Both the position numbers and the translations under genes were made by a program. The notes below the pieces were generated by a model. The model was not told where the DNA came from. It saw nothing but the letters and a program-made list of their open reading frames with translations, and ran no database searches. A DNA stretch of 64,000 nucleotides from Isurus oxyrinchus (taxonomy: Eukaryota), in NCBI GenBank assembly GCA_026770705.1, contig JANJGN010000052.1:310001-374000 (forward strand), given 5' to 3'. How positions within the stretch are numbered: the first letter of the stretch is position 1; each line of letters opens with the position of its first letter. Below, one piece after another: positions 1 through 12,465 of the stretch.

Positions 1-303
1 CTATAGAAATGCGAATCTTTCTTTTGTCGATATGTAAAACTGTCAAACAGGGTTAGGGAGATCGATGGGAGTGGATAACCTGATAACATTGATGGACACA
101 GTCAATACTTTTAATCATTGATATTAAAGTGAGTATTAGAGGTTGCTTTAGGACTGAACTGGAAGCTATCACCAGGTTATTGAGAATCAGACAGTGTGCT
201 ATAATAAGCTGTGTTTTGTGTTAATATGTAAACGTCACAGTTTGCGTTATTTCCCATTGAGTGTTGAATGTGAATTGTTGAGTAATTATAACACAGCACT
301 TAC

Positions 304-672
304 CAGAAACGTGAAGCTGGGTTACAGGGTAATAGTTATGGCTCGGACCATTGTCAAATTCTATCCTGAAAAAATAAGGTCCTGCATCTTCCCGTCTGAT
401 GTTGTTTATAATCAGGGAACAGTCGCCATCTTTCAGGTTTCCAGACAGCCAGGTCCGATGGTGGAACCGTGGTAACTCGTGACTGTGATCCTTGGAGTGA
501 AAGGCAATGGGAGCCCAGGGAATCTGTTTCTCATTATTAAACCAGAGTCCACCTCGCGGTTGGTTTTCCAGACACGATGGATAACTGTAATGACAAGGAA
601 TCTGTACACACGAACCTTCCTGCGCTGTCACCTCTCGTGGAGTGTCACCGTTCCACTCTTGTGAGGGTTCAA
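304..672 (-). CDS. Gene A Siglec V-set exon V1 (second, internal V domain)
   Basis: TTTCTCTCCCCAG acceptor, GTAAGT donor, 369 nt, phase 1-1. Siglec motifs GSCVQIPCHYSYP and GDCSLIINNIRREDAGPYFFRIE, with the essential Arg in YFFR. Confidence 0.92.
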
Positions 673-734
673 CTGGGGAGAGAAATCTCAATATTTAACT
701 CTGGATGGTTTGTGGATCCACTAGACTCAAATTT

Positions 735-1562
735 ACAGATGAGGCTGAATTGGGGGGATGGTCAATACTGAGGAGGACTACAACAAATTATTTTGGCAGG
801 AAGAATAGAAAAACAGGATATTATTTAAATGGAGAGAGGCTGCTGAATGCAGTACAGAGGGATCTGGGTGTCCTTGTACATGAATCACAGAAAGTCAGCA
901 TTCAGGAACACCACGGAATGAGGAAGGCAAGTGGAACGTTGGCCTTTATTGCAAAGGGATGGAGTATAAAAGGAGGGAAGTCTTGCAACAGCTGCACAGG
1001 GTGAGATTATATCAGGAGCAGTGTGTACAGTTCTGGTCTCCTTACTTAGGGAGGGATAGACTCTGCATTGAAGGCAGTTCAGAGGACGTTCACTGGGCTG
1101 ATTCCTGGGATTAAAGGGTTTGTCCTGTGAGGAAATGTTGAGCAGGTTGGGCCTGTATCCATTGGAGTTTAGAAGAATGAGGGGTGACCTTATAGAAACA
1201 TATCCGATTCCGAGGGGGCTTGACAGGGTGGATGCTGGGAGGATGTTTCCCCCTCGTGGGGGAATCTAGAACCAGGGAGCACAGTTTCGGAATGAGGGCT
1301 CTCCCATTCAAGACTGAGATGAGGAGGAATTTCCTCTCTCAGAGGGGCGCTAGCCTGTGGAATTCTCTTCCCCAGACAGCAGTGGAGGCTGGGCCATTGA
1401 ATAGACTCAAGGCTGAGTGAGGCAGGTTTTTGATCGACAAGGGAGTCAAGGGTTTGGGGGACAGGCAGGAAAATGGAGTTAAGGCCACAACCAGATCAGT
1501 AGAGCAGGCTGGAGGGGCCGAATGGCCTGCTCCTGTCCCTATTTCTTATGTTCCTACATTCT
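735..1562 (+). mobile_element. CR1-type LINE 3' fragment (degenerate)
   Basis: RT C-terminal remnants (QRDLGVLVHES, LGLYPLEFRRMRGDLIETY, RRNFLSQR..LWNSLP) followed by a CR1-like tail. Confidence 0.85.
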
Positions 1563-1633
1563 TACCTTCTTAAAATATTAAAGCTGCAGAATAAACATGC
1601 AAGTGACTGACCCGCTCGACCCACCTTCCATCA

Positions 1634-2520
1634 GGGGCTGGAGGAGGTTACACAGATAGGGAGGTTTGTGGGGGCTGGAGGAGGTAACAGAGATAGGGAG
1701 GGCTGTAGATACTGGAGGAGGTTACGCAGATAGGGAGGGTGGTAGGACCTGGAGGAGGTTGCAGAGATAGGGAGGGCTATAGGGATTTGAGGAGTTTATG
1801 GAGATGGGGAGCGTGTAGGGACTGGAGGAGGCTGCAAGGGCAGAGAAGGTTTTAGGGGCAGGAGGAGTTTACAGGGATAGGAAGAGTTGTAGGGGCTGGA
1901 CGGATTGCAGAGGTAGGGAGGGTTGGAAAGGCTGGTGGAGGTTCCAGAGGTAGGGAAGGTTGCAGGGACTGGAGGAGTTTACAGAGATGGGGGAGTTTTT
2001 GGGGCAGGATGGGGTTACAGAAATAGGGAGGTTTGTAGGGGCAGGACGAGGTTAGATAGATATGGAGTGTGGCTGGGGCTGAGGGAGGCTACAGAGATAG
2101 GGAGGGTTATAATGGCTGGAGGAGGTTACAGAGATAAAGGAAACTCTTAGGGACTGGAGGAGGTTACAGAGATAGGGAGGGTTGTAGTGGGCTGGAGGAG
2201 GTTACAGAAATATGAAGGGTTGTAAGAGATGGAGCAGCTTACAGAGATAGGGAGAGGTATTCGGTCTGAAGGAGGTTGCAGAGATAGGGGAGGTTGTTAG
2301 GACTGAAGGAGGCTACAAATATCGCGAGGGTTATCGGGGCTTGAGGAGGTTAAAGAGATAGGGAGGGGTGTTGGGTCCGGAGGAGTTTGCAGTGATAGGA
2401 ATGGTTTTCGGGATTGGAAGAGAGTACTGAGATAGGAGGGTTGTAGGGACTGGAGGAGGCTCCTGAGATAGGGAATGTTGCCGTGGATGAAGAAAGAGGA
2501 GGAGATTACTGTAATAGGGA
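1634..2520. repeat. Degenerate ~37-bp minisatellite (GGGGCTGGAGGAGGTTACAGAGATAGGGAGGGTTGTA) from an L2-type LINE 3' region
   Basis: Visible periodicity. The same unit occurs at 33890-34180 and inverted at 61960-62265, always next to L2-like sequence. Confidence 0.8.
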
Positions 2521-3530
2521 GGAAAAATATTCAAAAATTGTGACATTGAGACTTTGCTTGACCAGGAGCCAGTCTCGGTCATCGAGCAGAGCGGGTGATA
2601 AGGGAACGGGACTTGGTGTGAGTAAGGACGTGGTCAGCAGTTTTGGATGGCCTCAAGTTTATGGAGTGTAGAGCGTGTGTTGGAACAGTCGAGACTGGAG
2701 GTAATGAAGGCGTGGATGAGGGTTTCAGCAGCAGATGAGCTGAGACAGGGTGACATCGTACAATGTTACGGAGGTGGAAATAGACGGTGTTAGTGAGGGC
2801 GCAGATATGAGGCCGGAAGCTCATCTCAGGATCAAATGGGACAACAAAGCTGTGAACAGATTGGCTTCAATCTCAGAGAGCTGCCAGGGAGAGGAATGGA
2901 GTTGGTAGCGAGGGAACAGAGTTTGGAATGGGGAATGAAGACAATGGCTTCAGTCTTTCCAATATTTAATTGGAGGGAATTTCTGCCCATCCAGTACTGG
3001 ATGTCGGATAAGCAGCCTGATAATTTAGCAGCAGTGGCGGAGTCGAGAGAGGTGGTGGTGAGGTAGAGCTGGGGATCCTCAGTGGACAGATGAAAACTAA
3101 AACTGTTCAGATGATGCTGCAAAGCCATTGCAAGTGATTCTCTGGCTACGATGAGATGGATAAGAATGGAGCCAGGGGAGAGCAGTTCCACCCAGCTGGA
3201 CGACAGTGGAGAGGTGTTGGAGGAGGATGGTGTGGTCGAGCGTGTCAAAGGCTGCAGACAGATCGAGAAGGACGAGGAGGGAAAGTTGACCTTTGTCACA
3301 GTCACACAGGATGCCATTTGTGACCTTGATAAGAGCTGTTTCAGCACAGTGGCTGGGGTGGGAACCTGATTGGAGGGATTCAAACATGGAGATCCGGGAA
3401 AGATGGGAACGGATTCGGGAGATGGAAACACGTTCAAGGACTTTGGAGGGGAAAGAGAGGCTGGAGATGGGACGGGGGTTTACACGGACAGTGTGAGGGG
3501 TGAAAGGTGTAGTGGGGAGGAGATACTTCA
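2520..3530 (-). mobile_element. L2-type LINE RT fragment
   Basis: RPISSLSFPSKVLER, HCAETALIKV, LVLLDLSAAFDT and LQLNIGKTEAI motifs in broken frames. Confidence 0.88.
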
Positions 3531-3751
3531 CTCAGGGGGGAGGTGTCATCACCCCTCAGCTCGGTTTACGTTACAGCTATGATGTGGATTCAATCACACA
3601 CAATAAGCTCATGGATCTGGGAGCAGAAATAGACAAATCATTAAAAATAGTGACGCTGGTTAACACGGCCAAAAAACAAGCAAATCAAACACTATTATTT
3701 CCCATTGAGTGTTGGATGTGAATTGTTGAGTAATTATAACACAGCACTTAC

Positions 3752-4129
3752 CAGAAACCTGAAGCTGGGTTACAGGGTAATAGTTATGGCTTGGACGATT
3801 GCCAAATTTTATCGTGAAAAAATAAGGTCCTGCATCTTCCCGTCTGATGTTGTTTATAATCAGGGAACAGTCGCCATCTTTCAGGTCTCCAGACAGCCGG
3901 GTCCGATGGCGGAACCGTGGTAACTCGTGACTGTGACCCTTGGAGTGAAAGGCTGTAGACCATTTAGACCATTTGTTCCGTATGTAGCTTCTCATTTTCC
4001 AGATTCCGACATGTGGTTTCTTTACCAAATCTGATGGATAACTGTAATGACATGGAATCTGTACACACGAACCTTTCTGCGCTGTCACCTCTCGTGGAGT
4101 GTCACCTTTCCACTCTTGTGACAATCCAA
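3752..4129 (-). CDS. Gene A Siglec V-set exon V2 (N-terminal V; essential Arg replaced by Thr)
   Basis: CAG acceptor, GTAAGT donor, 378 nt, phase 1-1. Open frame with Siglec Cys pattern; YFFT instead of YFFR. Confidence 0.92.
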
Positions 4130-4339
4130 CTGGGGAGAGAAATATCAATATTTAACTCTGGATGTTTTGTTGATCCACAAGACTCATTATCCACCCCCTC
4201 CATCACTCGGGCACAGTGGCTGCAGTGTGGACCATCTACAGGACACACAATGAACTCCACAAGGTATCACACCAGATGGAAGAGAATCCTGGACACAAAA
4301 GCGGAAAAGTTCATTCTACATTGGTTCATGGTCCTCAGG

Positions 4340-5180
4340 ACCCTGTTTGTGCAGAAGTCTGCTCTCCAACAGAACTGAAGTTGGGACAATGCATTTGGAA
4401 TTCCACTGTCCGGGGCATTGGGTTAACTTGCTGATTTTGTTTTGCCTAAAGCAAAATAGGCTTGCGAGAAGCCAGAAGATCCTAGGAGACACCACAGGTT
4501 GGTGACTCATTACTACGGCCATGTGAAGCCATGGTGTTCCATTGACACGGCTGAGCATTGGAGAGACAGGGCGTGGAAGGAAGGCTGAATGCACGTGGCG
4601 ATCCAGGGGGCAGGAACATGGGAAGGAGAGTTTGAAATAGTGAAAGTGGACCCTTGTGGAAGGTGTCTGAGTGAAAGTGTCATGTTGGAGGAGATTCCAA
4701 AGTGAGTTCTTGGAGAGTGGAGATTGGAAACTCTCATATGAAAGAAGCTTTTCAGTGAGACTGGTTGGCTCACAGTGTAACAAGCGTCTGGGGACAGATG
4801 AGACATAGAATTTGTTTCAAGTGGGCTCTGCCACTTGCTTTCAGAATGTGGTGTCCCTGACCACAGGTCGTCTATTGGTTTATATCGACTGTGCACTTAG
4901 TGTGAACATGAGAATATAAGATAGTTATTGTAACTTGTGTTCTACTTATGAATCTGCAAAGGTATAGATCTGGGTGAAGGTGTAATGTAATATAGTTTGT
5001 CTTTCCTAGTTTAATAAATGTTTTATTCTTTTGTTAGAAGATCATCAGATGACTCCTGTGACTCTGTTCAGTAGCCGCACTCCACATTCCTAAATAAAAA
5101 ATAAAAGTTAGGACCTATCAAGCTGAGTTCCACCCTGGGATCTGACTTGCCCAGTAGTAACATCAGCTGGGATGATAACA
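4340..5180 (+). mobile_element. LTR-like remnants (internally deleted relative to 36193-38437)
   Basis: Similar to parts of 36700-36800 and 37695-38437; contains AATAAA and ends in ..GATAACA. Confidence 0.55.
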
Positions 5181-7175
5181 CCATCCAGTCCAAGTTTCAC
5201 TTTGGCCTGTGAGCAGAACACAGCTCACACAGTTTGGCCGCAGGTGTCTCCCAGCTTTCTATCCTTGTATATCTGTTCTCATGTCCCTGTTCTAAATAAC
5301 TGAACCCACAATGTATTTACCCAATTCCGTATCAGTGGCTGGTGCCTTTATATCATTATAAAAACACAACATGGTGATCAGCGGTGGCCAAACATTCTGG
5401 CAGCAAGATTCAGTACAGGTATGACATGGTGAACAGCCTTAGATCGAACAACATGGCATGAGACGACCCTCGACGCTTTGGTCAGACCACAACAGAGACA
5501 CAGCATCAGAGAGGGTTGAAATTGCAGTGTACTGACTGCTCAGGAAACCTTTGAAGACACAGTGACGGGAAAGAGCTCAAGTAAAGAGCTGGGGAGCAGG
5601 CGGATCCCTCGTGGTGAGATTACAGCACACGGCCTGTAGGTCAGTGAGTGGGACAGTGTGTATCGCCAGGACCAGCAGCGGGTTAGCTCAGTCAGGGAAG
5701 GCGAGTGACCAGGGTGTGGGCTGGATCGATAGTGAGCGAGGGAGATTCAAACACACAAAAACCATTATAAAAATCAGCCCAGAGAAGTTAGTGATTATAA
5801 CGGGCGGCTTTGAGATTGATGAACAGCAAATTGAATAAAAAACAAAGACTCCATTACTCCGTGGTGTGTTCCTGCCACAACCCGTCTCCGTGGGCGGAGC
5901 TTCAGAAAAGCGCACAAAAGGGGCTAAAGCGACACTCATCCCAGGTCCTGTAGAAGAAGGAACGTCAAAGGAATATTGTCAGAATGTCCACGAAATTCCC
6001 CAGTTTGAACTGGGATGTAGCTGACCGACTATCTGAATTCAGAATGTTTAAACAGCGTACAGAGCTCTGGTTTCCTGATTCAGGTGTGACTGAACCAGAC
6101 GAACCACCCATAAAAATTCACCTCGCGATTGGGAATGAAGGTCTACACAGGCTGAACACGTCAGGATTAACAGCAGAAGAGCGAAAGGATCCCCAATAGA
6201 TATGGACGATATTGGAAGACAGGTTCAGAATCAGGTGAAACTCCATATTCATCAACTAGAGTTTATGTCATTTCATCAGCCTACACAATCCATAGACCAC
6301 TTCATCTGCCGATGTAGAGAAAAGGGTACGCACTGTGATTTCAAACACAGAGCCTGCAGACACAGTTGTTGAGTTGGTGATCGCATCCACTCCCATGGAA
6401 GCCTTCCAGAAAGATCTGCTAGATAAGACCAAAACCTATAGCATTGAAGAGTTACTCTAGGATGGACATAAATACGAAGTGATCCTCGCAGGTCAACGAA
6501 GCTTATAGGTCCTCAGTACAACATCAATTGTTGGCACACTCACTAGAACATCCAAACCTAGTGAGACGTGTGGAAGGTGTGGCCTTCTGCGGACACCAAG
6601 GAAATGCCCAGCTTTCCACCAATCCTGCAAGGCTTGTGGCAGAAAGGGCCATTGACAGCGGCAGGGCACTAGAGCAAAGGCTGATGCAGCTACAAAGAGC
6701 CGTGCGCTGATCCAAACAAACCCTGCACAACGGGGAACCTTCAAGCAATAAGAATGACCATCCGCTATCCCATCAGGAACATATACATGTGGTGACTGAC
6801 AAACCAGGAAATGGCGATGATGTACACGACGAGACGAGGAGCGGTGATCGATATTCCACCTCTCACACATATCCTGACGTGGCTTGCCAATAAATTGTGG
6901 ATTGTGGTCTTTATTGATCTCTCTGGGCACATCAAATAAACTGAAAATGTTCCCATAGGGGTGGGATTTTCTGGCCCCACCCACTTCCATGATTGTCCGG
7001 TCTGGCCGAAAACCAATGGATTTACGTCTGTCCCAGTCTCAGAAACTATCCCATCAGCTCAGTGCATGACATAACATTGAAATATGCAGAAAGATTCAAC
7101 AATATTGGCAGTTTCAAGGGAGCTGCAACATTACACCTGCAGGAGAATGCAAGTCTGTCAGACTCCTTGCATTAA
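5180..7175 (+). mobile_element. Gypsy-like LTR retrotransposon remnant (PBS, gag, pol pieces)
   Basis: ACAACA then TGGTGATCAGCGGTGG (tRNA-Leu-like PBS, 5372-5387). Broken gag from 5984 with a CGRCG..CPAFHQSCKACGRKGH knuckle region. Inverted integrase-like piece at ~6790-6960. Confidence 0.75.
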
Positions 7176-8546
7176 AATTAATACAATCCAACTTTGCCAT
7201 ACTATCTTGAGCCTTAAATGGCCAATAATTTCTATGCCTTCCAGGTTCATTTGCTCTCTCTTCTAATTTTGGCTGTGCATCTCTCTCTGTTGAACCTCCT
7301 CTCGGGATCCCATCCCCTGCCATATTAGTTTAAAGCCTCCTCAATTGCATCAAGGGTGTAATGTCAGTTGAAACCAGGGACAACATCGAAGAATGACAAT
7401 CCCACAGATCAATGTGAGCAATTAAAGAAACCTCCAGACAATTTTGCCACCACAAGATCTCGACATAACAGCAGATTACCTCTACGCTTTAGAGACTCAA
7501 ATATTCAACAGATCTATACACTTATGTAATTGTCAAGAAATATGAAAATGATACCAGGAACCTCTTGTTCCCTGTCCTTCTCAAAGATCCATCCCTGCAG
7601 CAGGAGCCTGAAGAGTTACTGATGCGGGGCTTAATTTATCAGATTGTAGAATGATCCGGAACAGAAGGATGCCATTTGGCCCATCGAGCCTGTGCTGGGC
7701 CTTTGAAAGATCTGTCCAATAAGTCCCACTCTAACCTCTACTCTCTCCTCCACAACCCTGCAAAATGTCTCCTTCAAGTATTTATCTAGTTCCCCTTCTG
7801 AAAGTTCCTGTTGAATCTGCTTCCACCGGCCTTTCAGGCAGTGAGTCAATGGTCTCTCTCTGAGCTGCAAAGTGCTAATGTTCTGAGAACTTTAAACTCT
7901 GCAGCAGATCAGAGACAATCATGATAACTCAGAATATTTGACAGTTTTACACACAGACAGCTTTGCCTTCCTTCTCTCTTTCAGTTATCTTGCTCCCTTA
8001 TTGAAGTATCTAGCATGGTGAGAATGGACAGGAAGTGTGACACTGAACAGCCTGTCTATTCTAGGAGCTGCTGTGTTGTCTTCATGGGAAATTCTGACAA
8101 AATCAGCAAAAGACACAAAATTTCAGGGCAATGTTATCCGAGTCCCAGCATCAGGATAGACTTCATCCCCCAGTTGGTATTCCTGATTCTCTATTCAGCT
8201 GATCGCTCCCCTGTCACTGGCTGAACTACACTGGTTCCCAGTCCAGCAATGACTCAAATTTCAAATTCTCATCATCGATTTCTTACCCCACCATCCCCCC
8301 TCTACACTCCCGATCCCTGTAACCTCCTCCAACCCTAAAACCCTCTGAGATCTCTGCTCTCCTCCAATTCTGCTGTCAGACAGGGAGTCAGTGTATATCA
8401 GTGAGCACAGGGGTGATGGGTGAATGGGACTTGGTGTGAGTTTGTACGCTGGCTCACTGCTGAATCGGTTCCCAATCACACTCAATAAGAATGATCTTTT
8501 ACAAAGACTATTAGCCATAAACTGTCCGAGCTGACGATGTTATTAC

Positions 8547-8586
8547 CTTGGAGAAGTGACAGGAGGAAGTAGGATTTCCCGATCAT
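8547..8586 (-). CDS. Gene A leader (signal peptide) exon, coding part
   Basis: ACAATG start, MIGKSYFLLSLLQ+G, GTAATA phase-1 donor. Joins VGLSQEW of the V exon. TTTCTCTTTCAG acceptor, exon start 8628. Confidence 0.88.
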
Positions 8587-9035
8587 TGTCCACTCCCAGA
8601 TATTTCATAAGCTTCTGACTCTCAAACTCTGAAAGAGAAAGGAGTTAATGAGACCTCACCTCTTGTCCGACAGCTCTCGAGAGATCAGAACTGTTTTTGG
8701 ACAATGTCTTGACAGACTAATTTGATTCTCTGTGGGATGATAGGTGCTCTGCAGAGAGTTACAAGGCTTTAAGAAAGAAAAACATTGAAGGATTTGCATT
8801 TCTATAGCACCTTTCACCACCTCAAGACGTCCCAAAGCTCATGTCTCTGCACTTCCCTCATCCCTTGAGCTAGAAAGATGTTCTGTACAACAGACTTGAG
8901 TCTCACACCCAGATCTCAATAACCAGTAGAAATCTTTCAAATGCATCAATCATTGGCTCTGTCTTTATAAAGTCACAACATCAACAAAGGACGGTGTTGG
9001 TGGTGGAAGTGAATTCCAATCGTTCCGTTACTTAC

Positions 9036-9120
9036 CCAGGACCTGTCCGACTGCTCGCCTGGGGAGGAACTGCCCACACGCTCTGCTTGGGCTGAATGAC
9101 CTCTTCCTGTGCTGCTCCCT
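9036..9120 (-). other. Gene A putative non-coding first exon (5' boundary approximate)
   Basis: CTGG|GTAAGT donor upstream of a leader exon that has an acceptor; conserved at 25777. Confidence 0.5.
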
Positions 9121-9162
9121 CTGTGTGTTTAATTAGAAAGAGTGGATGTGTCACTGTGAGAC

Positions 9163-9176
9163 AAAATGAGGAAGTG
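9163..9176 (+). promoter_or_regulatory. PU.1/Spi-B-type ETS site in putative gene A promoter
   Basis: AAAATGAGGAAGTG matches the PU.1 consensus; identical copy at 25904-25917. Confidence 0.55.
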
Positions 9177-9394
9177 GGTAACCAGTGAGAAGATCGAGGA
9201 TGTTTTGTGCTCTCAGCAAAACGTTTACCATGTGATGATCTGTCAGCTCATATTTGGGCAGCTGTAGTCATCAAGCTTCTCCATTGGCTCCGTGGGATTA
9301 GACTCCTGCCCCTCACCTCGGAGGCTGAAACTCAGGCGATAAGAGTTCCCAATACAGGTCTCTGGCCTTATGATACATTTCAACGATCCCTGTT

Positions 9395-12112
9395 ATCATT
9401 ACGGAGGGAGTGCTGCAATGTCAGCGGGAGTTTACTGTGGGAGTGCTGCACTATCAGAGGGTCAGTAATGTGGGAGGGCTGCACTGTCAGAGGGTCAGTA
9501 ATGTGGGAGTGCTGCAACATCAGAGCGTCAGTAATGAGGGAGTGCTGCACTATCAGAGGGTAAGTAATAAGGGAGTGCTGAACTGTCGGTGGGTCTGAAC
9601 TGAGTGAGTTCCGCACAGTTGGAGGGTCAGTATTGAGGGGGTGCCGGACTGTGGGAGGGTTAGTACTGAGGTAGAGTGGAGTGTGAGGAGATATCCTTTC
9701 ATGGCAAAGTTTAACTGGAATTTATTTAAACACAATTCTTGTACTGTGTGTTATTGCAAAAGAAAGGATTTGAGGAACTAAGTCTTGTTCCCGTAAGCCT
9801 AAAAATAATTTTCACGGATTTCAATGATTTAGCAATGAAACCTCCCTCTTTGTGCACCAGTCTTGATTGAAACAACTCGCTCAGCACAGTGGGAGGGTGA
9901 GTACTGAGGGAGTGCTGCACTGTGGGAGGGTGAGTACTGAGGGAGTGCTGCACTGTGGGAGTATGAGTACTGAGGGAGTGCTGCACTGTGGGAGAGTGAG
10001 TACTGAGGGAGTGCTGCACTGTCAGAGGTTCAGTAATGAGGGAGTGCTGCACTGTCAGAGGGTCAGTAATGTGGGAGGGCTGCACTGTCAGAGGGTCAGT
10101 AATGTGGGAGGGCTGCACTGTCAGAGGGTCAGTAATGTGGGAGGTCTGCACTGTCAGATGGTCAGTAATGAGGGAGTGCTGCACTGTCAGAGGGTCAGTA
10201 ATGTGGGAGGGCTGCACTGTCAGAGGGTCAGTAATGTGGGAGTGCTGCACTGTCGGAGGGTCAGTACTGAGTGAGTTCCGCACAGTTGGAGGGTCAGTAT
10301 TGAGGGGGTGCCGGACTGTGGGAGGGTTAGTACTGAGGTAGAGCGGAGCGTGAGGAGATATCCTTTCATGGCAAAGTTTAACTGGAATTTATTTAAACAG
10401 AATTCTTGTACTGTGTGTTATTGCAAAAGAAAGGATTTGAGGAACTAAGTCTTGTTCCCGTAAGCCTAAAAATAATTTTCACGGATTTCAATGATTTAGC
10501 AATGAAACCTCCCTCTTTGTGCACCAGTCTTGATTGAAACAACTCACACAGCACTGTGGGAGGGTGAGTACTGAGGGAGTGCTGCACTGTGGGAGGGTGA
10601 GTACTGAGGGAGTGCTGCACTGTGGGAGTGTGAGTACTGAGGGAGTGCTGCACTTCGGGAGAGTGAGTACTGAGGGAGTGCTGCACTGTGGGAGGGTGAG
10701 TACTGAGGGGTTGCTGCACTGTGGGAGTGTGAGTACTGAGGGAGTGCTGCACTGTGGTTTGTGAGTACTGAGGGAGTGCTGCACTGTGGGAGGGTGAGTA
10801 CTGAGGGAGTGCTGCACTGTCAGAGGATCAGTAATGAGGGAGTGCTGCACTGTCAGAGGGTCAGTAATGTGGGAGGGCTGCACTGTCAGAGGGTCAGTAA
10901 TGTGGGAGGTCTGCACTGTCACGTGGTCAGTAATGAGGGAGTGCTGCACTGTCAGAGGGTCAGTAATGTGGGAGCGCTGCACTGTCAGAGGGTCAGTAAT
11001 GTGGGAGGTCTGCACTGTCAGATGGTCAGTAATGAGGGATTGCTGCACTGTCAGAGGGTCAGTAATGTGGGAGTGCTGCACTGTCAGAGGGTCAGTAATG
11101 TGGGAGTGCTGCACTGTCGGAGGGTCTGTACTGAGTGATTTCCGCACAGTTGGAGGGTCAGTATTGAGGGGGTGCCGGACTGTGGGAGGGTTAGTACTGA
11201 GGTAGAGCGGAGAGATATCCTTTCATGGCAAAGTTTAACTGGAATTTATTTAAACACAATTCTTGTACTGTGTGTTATTGCAAAAGAAAGGATTTGAGGA
11301 ACTAAGTTTTGTTCCCGTAAGCCTAAAAATAATTTTCACGATTTCAATGATTTAGCATTGAAACCTCCCTCTTTGTGCACCAGTCTTGATTGAAACAACT
11401 CGCACAGCACAGTGGGAGGGTGAGTACTGAGGGAGGGCTGCACTGTGGGAGGGTGAGTCCTGAGGGAGTGCTGCACAGTGGGAGGGTGAGAATTGAGGGA
11501 GTGCTGCACTGTGGGAGGGTGAGTACTGAGGGAGGGCTGCACTGTGGGAGGGTGAGTCCTGAGGGAGTACTGCACTGTGGGAGGGTGAGAATTGAGGGAG
11601 TACTGCACTGTGGGAGGGTGAGTCCTGAGGGAGTGCTGCACTGTGGGAGGGTGAGAATTGAGGGAGTACTGCACTGTGGGAGCGTCAGTACTGAGGGAGT
11701 GCTGAACTGTCGGAAGGTCAGTAGTGAGGGAGGGATACAGTGTCAGAGGGTCAGTACTGAGGGAATGCTGCACTGTCAGTTTGTCAGCACTGTGGGAGTG
11801 CTGCACAGTCAGAAGGTGTGTACCGAGGGAGTGCCGAACTGTCGGAAGGTCAGTAGTGAGGGAGGGATACAGTATCAGAGGATCAGTACTGAGGTAATGC
11901 TGCACTGTGGGTGAGTGAGTACTGAGGGAGTGCTGCACTGTCAGATTGTCATCCATGAGGGAGTGCTGCACTGTCAGAAGGTCAGTGCTGACGGGGTGCT
12001 GCACTTGAAAAGGGTCAATAATGAGGTAGTGCAGCACTGTCAGAGGGACAGTAATGAGGGAGCGCTGCACTGACGGAGGGTCAGCACTGAGGAAACGCTG
12101 CACTGTCAGTTC
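9395..12112. repeat. 33-bp SINE-derived minisatellite interleaved with three copies of a ~220-bp block
   Basis: Unit GTCAGTACTGAGGGAGTGCTGCACTGTCAGAGG. The block GATATCCTTTCATGGCAAAG... starts near 9690, 10357 and 11214. Confidence 0.92.
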
Positions 12113-12465
12113 TGAGCGTGGTCTGCACTGTTCTAAGTGCATTCTAGGCACTGCCCAAGGTTCCGCCTGATGTCCGTGTAACAACAACATCATGTACACG
12201 TCGAGAATATTTCCCACTGTTCGGTGCAACAAGACAGCTTTGGAATGGCACCACCACTGGCAGGAGTGTGAAACTACAATGTGACATGTTTACATGGGAA
12301 ATTTCTATTATAAAGCTGGGCACAGCAATTCGTATGATAGAACAAATGTGACAACATGAAGTAATGTCTTTGAGCCAAAAATTTGGCTTCAAAATAAGAA
12401 TTTTAATCTATAAATATCTACAGAACAGGCTGAGCATTTTAATCACTTGTGTTAATCAATGTAAT

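Noticed and set aside
221-303. Hydrophobic ORF extension GKCCVIITQQF after each V domain
   Set aside because: Intron read-through past the GTAAGT donor; conserved only because the introns were duplicated.
9395-12112. CRISPR-like repeat/spacer appearance
   Set aside because: Units are head-to-tail, the intervening blocks are copies of each other, there are no cas genes, and the context is eukaryotic.
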